Source of the DNA: Opitutaceae bacterium
GTDB taxonomy: Bacteria; Verrucomicrobiota; Verrucomicrobiia; Opitutales; Opitutaceae
Assembly (NCBI GenBank): GCA_037142955.1
Contig: JBAWZQ010000003.1
Span: 8,980-72,979, forward strand
DNA length: 64,000 nt
Reading direction: 5' to 3'
Each line of letters opens with the position of its first letter. Positions within the stretch are counted from its first letter, which is position 1. Below are positions 48,760 through 56,154 of this stretch, one piece after another. Below the pieces are notes generated by a model that worked only from the letters and a program-made list of their open reading frames with translations, ran no database searches and was not told the DNA's origin. The position numbers were made by a program, and so were the translations under genes.

Positions 48760-49548
48760 TTAGCCGCGCTGGACGACGCGGAGGATGTAGCGTCCCGAGC
48801 GTCGGATTAGACGTAGCGGCGCGGCAAACGTAGCGGAGAGTTGCGGCGCTGTGAGTGTGCGGGCACGCGCGCCGGCGGCGACGACTCGGCCGGCGCGCAT
48901 CAGCAGCGCGTGGGTGAAACAGGGCAGGATTTCCTCGACGTGGTGCGTGACCAGGACGAGCGCGGGGGTGTTTTTTTGACGCGCGAGCCGATCTAGAAAA
49001 CGTAGAAAATCTTCGCGGGCGACGGGATCGAGGCCCGCGCAGGGTTCGTCCAGGATCAAAAGTCGAGGGCGGGCCATGAGGGCGCGGGCTATGAGAACGC
49101 GTTGCCGTTCGCCTTGGGAGAGAAATTGCCACTCACGGTTGACGAGGCGGGCGGCGCCCAGCGAGCGGAGGATTTTTTTCCCAGCGACAATGTCGGCGCG
49201 CGTAGGTGTGAGCCAAAGATCGAGTTGGGCGTAGCGGCCGCTGATGACCGTTTCGAGGGCGGGCTCGGCGGCGGGCACGCTGGCTTGGAGGGCGCTAGTG
49301 ACGATTCCAATCTGAAGGCGGAGCTCGCGCCAGTCAGCTTCGCCGTAGCGCTGGCCCAATACAGTGATGTCGCCAGAGCTGGGCGAGAGATAGCCGAGGA
49401 GCGCTTTGAGGAGCGTGGTCTTGCCGCAGCCGTTGCCGCCGAGAATCACCCAGTGTTCGCCGCGTCGGACGCACCAATCGAGGCCGTGGAGAATGACGTT
49501 GTCGCCGCGGGTGACGCGGAGGCTGGAGACTGCGAGTATCGGGGCCAT
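48760..49548 (-). CDS. ABC transporter ATP-binding protein (orphan; ModF/YlmA-like)
   Basis: Walker A GGNGCGKTT, signature LSQGERQR and Walker B LLILDEP. No adjacent permease gene. Confidence 0.8.
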   Translation of the reverse strand: MAPILAVSSLRVTRGDNVILHGLDWCVRRGEHWVILGGNGCGKTTLLKALLGYLSPSSGDITVLGQRYGEADWRELRLQIGIVTSALQASVPAAEPALETVISGRYAQLDLWLTPTRADIVAGKKILRSLGAARLVNREWQFLSQGERQRVLIARALMARPRLLILDEPCAGLDPVAREDFLRFLDRLARQKNTPALVLVTHHVEEILPCFTHALLMRAGRVVAAGARARTLTAPQLSATFAAPLRLIRRSGRYILRVVQRG

Positions 49549-49679
49549 GAGAGGGCAGCATGAAATCTGGCGCGGCGCGGCGTCAATCGCCGCAACGGAG
49601 GCTAGGGTTGCGTGGGGGCGCCGGACGGTGCACGGTACGTGTGCGCGAGAGTTATTCGCGCTTCAACGCGCATCGAATT

Positions 49680-50051
49680 ATGAGTACCATCACCGTTTAC
49701 ACCTACGCGAACTGCGACAGCTGCCGCCGCGCCGTGAAATGGTTGCGGGCGCAACGATTGGGGTTTGTAGAAAAACCAATCCGTGAAACACCACCGAGCG
49801 CGACGGAATTGAAGGCGATGTTGGCGGTGCAGGGCGGGGAGTTGCGGAAACTTTTTAATACCTCTGGTTTGGACTATCGAGCTCAGGGACTCGGGGCGAA
49901 GTTACCGACGATGATCGAGGCGGATGCGCTGAGGTTGCTCGCCAGCAATGGTAATCTAGTTAAACGCCCTTTCTTGTGGCGCGCGCCGGATCAAGTAGGT
50001 TTGGTGGGTTTTGACGAGGCGCTTTGGAGTACGGCGTTACTCACAACATGA
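49680..50051 (+). CDS. ArsC/Spx-family redox protein (YffB-like)
   Basis: Begins MSTITVYTYANCDSCRRAVKWL, and contains LFNTSGLDYR and LVKRPFL. The internal Met is preferred over the long Arg-rich extension. Confidence 0.75.
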   Translation: MSTITVYTYANCDSCRRAVKWLRAQRLGFVEKPIRETPPSATELKAMLAVQGGELRKLFNTSGLDYRAQGLGAKLPTMIEADALRLLASNGNLVKRPFLWRAPDQVGLVGFDEALWSTALLTT

Positions 50052-50587
50052 TCACCTCCGAGCCCAAGGTGATCGAATTGCGGATGCGTGAGATCGCCCA
50101 GCTATTTAATTCACTGGATCCTTCGCCATTTCTCGAGCGCGACTTGGATGCCAATGCCGAGGAATTTATTGTGAGCTGGGCGGCGGAAATACCGATTCAC
50201 TACGAGTTGAAGTTAGTGATTCATCTGGCATCATCACCCACCCCGATGGTTAATGTTAGTGAGGCGGTGCGTAGTTATTTTCAACATCGCGCGGAGCATA
50301 AGCAGCGCGAGTTTTCTCAACTTTTGTGGCGTGGGAGATTAAGTTTGTTAGTGGGAGTATTGTTTTTGGCCGCCTGTTTAGGCGGAGCGGAGTTGGTGAA
50401 ATTATTATCCTTGGGGGCCCTAGAGAGAATGGTGCGAGAGGGGTTACTTATTGTGGGTTGGGTTGCGATGTGGCGGCCGTTAGAGATATATTTGTACGAT
50501 TGGTGGCCTTTGCGCGCTGAGAGGAGAAATTTGCAGCGGCTTGCGCGAATGGAAGTAACTGTCATAGTCCCTGCTCAATCGTTATGA
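50048..50587 (+). CDS. Hypothetical membrane protein
   Basis: Soluble N-terminal part followed by two TM segments (LSLLVGVLFLAACLGG, LLIVGWVAMW). The start overlaps the upstream stop. Confidence 0.45.
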   Translation: MITSEPKVIELRMREIAQLFNSLDPSPFLERDLDANAEEFIVSWAAEIPIHYELKLVIHLASSPTPMVNVSEAVRSYFQHRAEHKQREFSQLLWRGRLSLLVGVLFLAACLGGAELVKLLSLGALERMVREGLLIVGWVAMWRPLEIYLYDWWPLRAERRNLQRLARMEVTVIVPAQSL

Positions 50588-50832
50588 ATCCGCTGCAATC
50601 CACCGTTCGCTGGCTCGCCACGCACACGTTATTTCCTGTGAGTCGGCTTGATGCGCGTGCGGAGGCCATGATCTGCGTCTCAGCGCTTGCCGTGGCCGAA
50701 GAGGCGGCGGCTATGGCGGCCACGAGGCACTTGGTGAAGTCGCGTGATACCGCCAAAGATGCGGCGCTGCGCTCATATAATCATCGGCGCAACATGGTTC
50801 ATTACGTCTGCGACAACGCGGCAAAAGTCTAA
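50584..50832 (+). CDS. Hypothetical small protein
   Basis: 82-aa ORF whose start overlaps the upstream stop by 4 nt. No recognisable domain. Confidence 0.25.
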   Translation: MNPLQSTVRWLATHTLFPVSRLDARAEAMICVSALAVAEEAAAMAATRHLVKSRDTAKDAALRSYNHRRNMVHYVCDNAAKV

Positions 50833-50898
50833 TCTAGGGCGAGCTTTGGCCTAACTGCGCGACCCGGCCTTAGCCTGACGTTGATTCCTTTTTTCCTA

Positions 50899-51705
50899 AT
50901 GACGCTTATCGACTCCCACACGCATTTGGAATCGTTTGCCGAACGCGGTGAAGTTACGACTGTGTTGGAACGTGCGGCGGTGGCGGGGGTCGCGGAGATG
51001 ATCGCGATCGGTACGTCGCTGGAGGATTGGGCGCTTTATCGAAAATTGGCTGCTGAGCACGTCGGCCGCGTACATTACACTGTAGGGCTGCACCCGTGCG
51101 CGGTGGAGGCTAACTGGGCCTCAGCGGTGGGGCAAATTGAGGCGTTTTGGAAGGACGGCGCGGTGACGTCTCGACCGGTCGGGCTCGGTGAGTGCGGCTT
51201 GGACCGGTTTCATCTGCCTAAGGAGGATTTGGTGAAAGCCGGGGAGATTTTTGCGTGGCAGCGGGCGGCGTTTATCGCGCAGTTGGAGATCGCGCGCAAG
51301 CTGAGTTGTCCGCTGGTTGTGCATTCGCGCGGGGCGTTTCAGGAGTGTGTGGATTTGATTGATGCAAGTGGAGTCGCGTGGGAGCGGGTGGTGTTTCACT
51401 GCTTCACGGAAGGAGTCGCAGAGATGGCGGAGTTGCAGCGTCGTGGGGGCTATGGGTCGTTTACGGGTGTCTTAACTTACAAATCTGCGGACAACGTTCG
51501 GGCGGCGGCACGGGCGCAAGGATTGGGGCGCTTGATGCTTGAGACGGACGCGCCGTACCTGACGCCGATGCCGCATCGGGGCAAGCCGAACGAGCCGGCA
51601 TTTTTGCGCCACACAGCGGAATTTGCGGCGGGAGTCTTTGGGGTGAGCGTGGAGGAAATTGCAACGACGACGACGACTACGGCGCGGCGGTTTTTCGGGC
51701 TTTGA
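50899..51705 (+). CDS. tatD: TatD-family metal-dependent hydrolase
   Basis: Contains LIDSHTHLE, GECGLD, PLVVHSR and ETDAPYLTP. Confidence 0.85.
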   Translation: MTLIDSHTHLESFAERGEVTTVLERAAVAGVAEMIAIGTSLEDWALYRKLAAEHVGRVHYTVGLHPCAVEANWASAVGQIEAFWKDGAVTSRPVGLGECGLDRFHLPKEDLVKAGEIFAWQRAAFIAQLEIARKLSCPLVVHSRGAFQECVDLIDASGVAWERVVFHCFTEGVAEMAELQRRGGYGSFTGVLTYKSADNVRAAARAQGLGRLMLETDAPYLTPMPHRGKPNEPAFLRHTAEFAAGVFGVSVEEIATTTTTTARRFFGL

Positions 51706-51769
51706 CGCTGGACGCAAAAAAGCGGCCGTACAGGGCCGCCTTAAGGCATAAGCAGGTGGTAGCCGGAGT

Positions 51770-52072
51770 TTAGGCTTCTTCGAACTTTTTGGCGAAGAGC
51801 GCTTCAAGTTCGGCGAGCATCTGGGCGGCGTCATCGCCGTTGGCGAGGAACTTGACCTTGGAGCCGCTGCAGGCGGCGAGCATCATAAGGCCCATGATGC
51901 TCTTGCCGTTGACTTGTTCTCCATCCTTTTCGACCAAAACGTCCGCTTTGAACTTGTTGGTGATGCGGACGATCATCGCGGCCGGACGGGCGTGGATGCC
52001 CATCTTGTTCTGCACGATCAATTCCTTGGTTAGGGGTTGAGTGGCAGAGGGTGTGGCGTCGCTTTTGTTCAT
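51770..52072 (-). CDS. ptsH: Phosphocarrier protein HPr
   Basis: Contains MGIHARPAA (His15 site) and GKSIMGLMML (Ser46 site). Confidence 0.85.
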   Translation of the reverse strand: MNKSDATPSATQPLTKELIVQNKMGIHARPAAMIVRITNKFKADVLVEKDGEQVNGKSIMGLMMLAACSGSKVKFLANGDDAAQMLAELEALFAKKFEEA

Positions 52073-52161
52073 GCAGTTGGGAGTGGCGGGACTGAGGGAC
52101 CAACATCTAGATGCTTGCCTCGGCTTGCAACCTCAAAGCCGGGCGTTACGGTGGTGGGGCG

Positions 52162-52908
52162 ATGTCGAAATTAGCGCTCGTCGTTCCCTGCCGCCTCGAA
52201 TCTACCCGCTTCCCGCGCAAGCTCCTGCACGAGATTAGGGGTAAGCCGCTGCTGATTTGGGTGGCGGAACGGATCGCGCGCGAGGCGCCGGAGATTCCTT
52301 TGTATTTCGCGGTGGATCATGAGCTTCTGCGTGATTGCGTGGAATCGCGGGGGTTTCGGGCGATTATGACCCGCCCCGACCATGCGAGCGGTACGGATCG
52401 GTTGGCGGAGGCTAATGCTATAATCGGTGCTGATCGGGTAATTAACGTGCAGGCGGATGAGCCATTAGTCTCCGCGCGGCAGATCCGAGCTTTGGCGGAA
52501 TTGATTGCGGGTTCGGCAGATATGGCGACTTTAGCGACGCCGTTCACAACGGCGGCAGACTTTGAGAATCCGAATCAAGTAAAAGTCGTTTTGGCGCCAG
52601 GTGCCCAGCAGGCTTTGTATTTTTCACGTTCGCCGATCCCGTACGCGCGGGATTTAGGTGGGCGGGTAGACGATGCGTGGGTGCAGGCGAATCCGTGTTT
52701 CCGGCATCTTGGGCTTTATGCGTACAAGACGGCGCTGCTGCAGAAATTCGCGAGTTTACCGGCCGGTCGTTTGGAGCAAATCGAGAAATTGGAACAACTC
52801 CGCGTGCTTGAAAATGGCTACACGATCGCTTGCGGGCTGACGGAGGATCCGACAATCGGCGTTGATACGCCGGAAGACGCTGAGAAATTCGAGCGTTGGC
52901 TCGGCTGA
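52162..52908 (+). CDS. kdsB: 3-deoxy-manno-octulosonate cytidylyltransferase
   Basis: Contains [33 protein letters not shown] and [11 protein letters not shown]. Confidence 0.85.
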   Translation: MSKLALVVPCRLESTRFPRKLLHEIRGKPLLIWVAERIAREAPEIPLYFAVDHELLRDCVESRGFRAIMTRPDHASGTDRLAEANAIIGADRVINVQADEPLVSARQIRALAELIAGSADMATLATPFTTAADFENPNQVKVVLAPGAQQALYFSRSPIPYARDLGGRVDDAWVQANPCFRHLGLYAYKTALLQKFASLPAGRLEQIEKLEQLRVLENGYTIACGLTEDPTIGVDTPEDAEKFERWLG

Positions 52909-52964
52909 AGATCGAGCTGACGCGTTTTTTTAACCAATGGGCAGGCTAGGACCTGCTCTAACGA

Positions 52965-54137
52965 TTAGATTTTACCAGCTTTGCGGGCAGCTACCATGTT
53001 GTAGAAATCGATGAAGAGTGGGTCGGCGTCGTTCGGTCCAGGGGCGGCTTCGGGGTGGTATTGGACGCTGAAGACCGGAAGTTTGGTGTGGCGCAGGCCC
53101 TCCACGGTGTTGTCGTTGAGGTTGATCTCAGTGACCTTGGCCCCGTTTTTCTCTAGGCTGGCGGGGTCGGTGGCGAAACCATGGTTTTGGGCGGTGATGG
53201 AGACTTTGCCGGTCTCGAGGTTTTTCACCGGTTGGTTGCCGCCCCGATGGCCGAATTTGAGTTTAAACGTCGTGCCGCCGAGGGCGTGCGTGAGCATTTG
53301 GTGACCGAGGCAGATGCCAAAGATGGGGTAATCGGGAATTAGCTTTGTCACGGTTTGATGCACGTAGCTGAGAGCGGCGGGATCGCCGGGGCCGTTGGAT
53401 AGAAATACGGCATCAACTTTATGCTCGCGGATTTCTTCGGCGCGGGTCGTGGCCGGGAAAACATGGACATCGAAACCGTGGCGGACGAGTTTGCGAAAGA
53501 TGGTGTGTTTCGCGCCGAAATCGAAGGCGGCGACTTTGAAGCGCTTTGCCGGTGGGGGCGGAGCTTTGAAGGTGGTGCCGACGGGCAGGTATGCTGCGTT
53601 ATAGTTCGAGGCGTCGCTCGCGGACCAGAGGTAGGGAGCTTTGCAGGTGACGTCTTTGACGTAGTCGGAGCCGGCCATGTCGCGCCAGGAGCGGGCGATT
53701 TTCACCGCTTCTTCGTCGGAGAGAGGCAATGTGCTAAGGCAGCTTTTCATCGCTCCGTCCACTCGGAGCTTTTTGGTGAGAGCGCGGGTGTCGATTTCGG
53801 CTAGGCCAGGGATGCCGTTTTTTGCTAGGTAGGCATCGAGGGAGATTTCGCTCCGCCAGTTGGAGACGACCGGTGAAAGTTCGCGGATGACAAAGCCGGC
53901 GCACTTGGGGCCGGAGGATTCTTCGTCGGCTGGCGTGAGACCGTAATTGCCTACCTGTACCGCGGTCATGGTCACGATCTGGCCGAAGTACGATGGGTCG
54001 GTGATGATCTCCTGATAACCGGTCATGGAGGTGTTGAAAACGCATTCTCCGGCTATGGTGGCGGCGGCACCAAACGCACGGCCGCGAAACACGCTGCCAT
54101 CTTCTAGGGCTAGGACTCCGGGTTTGAACGTGGACAT
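52965..54137 (-). CDS. carA: Carbamoyl-phosphate synthase small (glutaminase) subunit
   Basis: Contains ALEDGSVFRGRAFGA, EIITDPSY.GQIV, the catalytic GICLGHQ, and VQYHPEA. Confidence 0.9.
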   Translation of the reverse strand: MSTFKPGVLALEDGSVFRGRAFGAAATIAGECVFNTSMTGYQEIITDPSYFGQIVTMTAVQVGNYGLTPADEESSGPKCAGFVIRELSPVVSNWRSEISLDAYLAKNGIPGLAEIDTRALTKKLRVDGAMKSCLSTLPLSDEEAVKIARSWRDMAGSDYVKDVTCKAPYLWSASDASNYNAAYLPVGTTFKAPPPPAKRFKVAAFDFGAKHTIFRKLVRHGFDVHVFPATTRAEEIREHKVDAVFLSNGPGDPAALSYVHQTVTKLIPDYPIFGICLGHQMLTHALGGTTFKLKFGHRGGNQPVKNLETGKVSITAQNHGFATDPASLEKNGAKVTEINLNDNTVEGLRHTKLPVFSVQYHPEAAPGPNDADPLFIDFYNMVAARKAGKI

Positions 54138-54261
54138 TAAAGCCGAACTAAAAGACGTCGTGTGCCCCGTGCCAAGGGTTTTGTGCACCGAGGAGTCACT
54201 TGGGACGGAAATTTGTGTACACGTGGGCTGTGGAAGAATTGTTAGGAATCGCGTTGGCCAT

Positions 54262-54289
54262 TTGACAGCAATGGTTAGGCGCCTAATTG
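54262..54289 (+). promoter_or_regulatory. Putative sigma70-type promoter of the kamA-like gene
   Basis: TTGACA (54262-54267), a 16-nt spacer, then TAATTG (54284-54289), about 20 nt upstream of the ATG at 54310. Confidence 0.35.
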
Positions 54290-54309
54290 TCTAAATTTCT
54301 CTAATTTCG

Positions 54310-55533
54310 ATGCCCTACACTGAAGATCGCTCCGCTTGGTATGAAGGCCAAGGCCTCTGGCAACATGTCCCCGCTAGCGACTGGAACGATTGGGTTTGGC
54401 AGCTCAAGAACCGCTTGACGAGCGTCGCTCAGCTTGAGGAGCACATGACGCTGACGCCCGACGAGAAGGCAGGTTGCCTCTTTGCCAGTAACAAACTCGC
54501 CCTAGCGATCACACCGTACTTTTTTAACCTTATAAATAGAAACGACCCGCAATGTCCCATTCGCCAGCAGGTGATTCCACGGGGTGGGGAAGCGATCCTC
54601 AGCGAGGAAGAGATGCTCGATTCTCTTGGTGAAGACGAACATTCGCCGGTCCCTGGCTTGGTGCATCGTTATCCTGATCGCGTGTTGTTTTTGGTGACGG
54701 ATAGGTGCGCTGCGTATTGCCGCTATTGCACGCGAAGCCGTCTGGTTTCCAACGCGCAGGATTACAATTTTCACCCCGAATTCGAGCAAGGGCTGCGCTA
54801 CATCGAAAATCATCCGGAGGTCCGCGATGTGCTGATTTCAGGCGGTGATCCGTTGCTGCTGTCGGATAAGAAGCTTGATCACTTGTTCGGGCGGTTGCGC
54901 GCGATCAAGCATGTGGAGTTTATTCGAATCGGCTCGCGCATCCCGGTGTTTTTACCGCAGCGCATCACGCCGGAGTTGTGTGATATTTTTAAAAAACACG
55001 GGCCGATCTGGATGAGTATTCATACCAATCACCCGAAGGAAGCTACGGCGGAGTTACGCTCAGCGTGCGAGCGCTTGTCGTTCGCTGGTGTGCCGCTCGG
55101 TAATCAGACCGTTTTACTTAAAGGTATCAACGACGACGTCGATATCATGAAGGCGCTCATGCATCGCTTGTTACGGATGCGGGTGCGACCTTATTATATC
55201 TATCAAATGGATCTGATTACGGGTGGAGCACACTTCAAAGTGGATGTGCGTAAAGGTATTGAGATCATCCGAGCTTTACGCGGGCACACGACGGGTTACG
55301 CCGTGCCGCAGTACGTGATCGATGCACCGGGTGGCGGGGGCAAGGTACCCATCAATCCCGACTACGTCGAAAAAATCACCGATACTGAGGTCGTATTCCG
55401 CAATTACGAGGGCCAGCAATTTCGTTATCCGCTTACGCACACGCCGCGCCCGGCTGGAAATGACGGAGAATTATCCGGAGTTGGAGCTAGTGAAGTATCT
55501 TCAATGCTCGCCTCTTCTACCTTTAAAGACTGA
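54310..55533 (+). CDS. KamA-family radical SAM aminomutase (lysine 2,3-aminomutase-like)
   Basis: Contains the radical SAM motif CAAYCRYCTRS, ISGGDPL, IRIGSR.PV and PYYIYQMD. Confidence 0.8.
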   Translation: MPYTEDRSAWYEGQGLWQHVPASDWNDWVWQLKNRLTSVAQLEEHMTLTPDEKAGCLFASNKLALAITPYFFNLINRNDPQCPIRQQVIPRGGEAILSEEEMLDSLGEDEHSPVPGLVHRYPDRVLFLVTDRCAAYCRYCTRSRLVSNAQDYNFHPEFEQGLRYIENHPEVRDVLISGGDPLLLSDKKLDHLFGRLRAIKHVEFIRIGSRIPVFLPQRITPELCDIFKKHGPIWMSIHTNHPKEATAELRSACERLSFAGVPLGNQTVLLKGINDDVDIMKALMHRLLRMRVRPYYIYQMDLITGGAHFKVDVRKGIEIIRALRGHTTGYAVPQYVIDAPGGGGKVPINPDYVEKITDTEVVFRNYEGQQFRYPLTHTPRPAGNDGELSGVGASEVSSMLASSTFKD

Positions 55534-55609
55534 AGGATAGCGGGTTAAGTTTTTTGTTTTTTTGTGAGATTTTTTTGAGCGTTTTGCCTACTTTAGCATC
55601 TATCTCTGT

Positions 55610-55716
55610 GCAGTTAGCCACGTCCTGGTAAGACGCTGGTCGTTAGCAGTTCTTAAGGTTTGCTTGGTGTTAGGTCACAAGAGCCGCCCCTTAATCGGGG
55701 CGGCCTTCGTGTTTTT
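55610..55716 (+). ncRNA. Candidate small RNA, copy 1 (unclassified)
   Basis: Upstream are TTGAGC (55575-55580), a 17-nt spacer and ATCTAT (55598-55603). Internal hairpin 55618-55639 with loop CTGGTAA. Conserved 19-mer at 55657-55675. Terminator stem GCCGCCCC/GGGGCGGC (55683-55704) with a T-run ending at 55716. No ORF. Confidence 0.5.
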
Positions 55717-55801
55717 AGAGGGCGACGAGGTTCAAAAAAGAGCCCTCCAAATTTTTTTAGATTTTTTTGAGCGTTTTGATTCTTAGCGCATCTATCTCCA
55801 C

Positions 55802-55910
55802 GTAGTCACCATCGTCCTGGTAAGACGATGCAGGTTAGTTGTTCTATACGGTTTGCTTGGTGTTAGGTTACACGAGCCGCTCCTTCATCGGGGGCGGCTC
55901 TTGTGTTTTT
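55802..55910 (+). ncRNA. Candidate small RNA, copy 2 (paralog of copy 1)
   Basis: Same architecture 192 bp downstream. TTGAGC (55767-55772), a 17-nt spacer and ATCTAT (55790-55795). Hairpin 55810-55830 (CATCGTC-CTGGTAA-GACGATG). Identical 19-mer at 55850-55868. A 10-bp terminator stem (55874-55900) with a T-run ending at 55910. Confidence 0.5.
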
Positions 55911-55974
55911 AGGTGGTTGGCCGTGTTTGAAGGTTTTTCTTGCCAGTTGGCTCGGGACGCCGCTTTTTCCAAAA

Positions 55975-56079
55975 TCGCCTGTAGGGGTGTCTTCCGCGGA
56001 AGACTGAGATTGCGGCGCGATTCGGCCGCTGGACCCTTCGAACCTGAACGGATCATGCCGACGAAGGAAACAGCAGGCG
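55975..56079 (+). promoter_or_regulatory. TPP (thiamine pyrophosphate) riboswitch, THI element
   Basis: Contains GGGGTG (55984-55989), the P2 hairpin GTCTTC-CGCG-GAAGAC, CTGAGA (56004-56009), and ACCCTTCGAACCTGAACGGATCATGCCGACGAAGGAA (56033-56069). This matches the THI-box consensus ACCC..GAACCTGA..GGaTaATGCC..CG.AGGgA. Confidence 0.85.
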
Positions 56080-56124
56080 CGGATTGCGCCTTTTTTAAGG
56101 GTGCGACTCGCGCCCCTTTTTTCG
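56076..56124 (+). terminator. Riboswitch expression platform: two consecutive stem/T-run terminators
   Basis: GGCGC-GGATT-GCGCC followed by TTTTTT (56076-56096). Then GGGTGCG-ACT-CGCGCCC followed by CTTTTTT (56098-56122). Confidence 0.6.
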
Positions 56125-56154
56125 GGAGTCAGTTCAGGACGGGCCTCATCCACC

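Noticed and set aside
55567-55910. The tandem repeat considered as a mini CRISPR array or a REP/MITE element.
   Set aside because: There are only two copies with a 192-bp period. Each has its own promoter-like boxes and intrinsic terminator. There are no short spacer-repeat alternation, terminal inverted repeats or target duplications.
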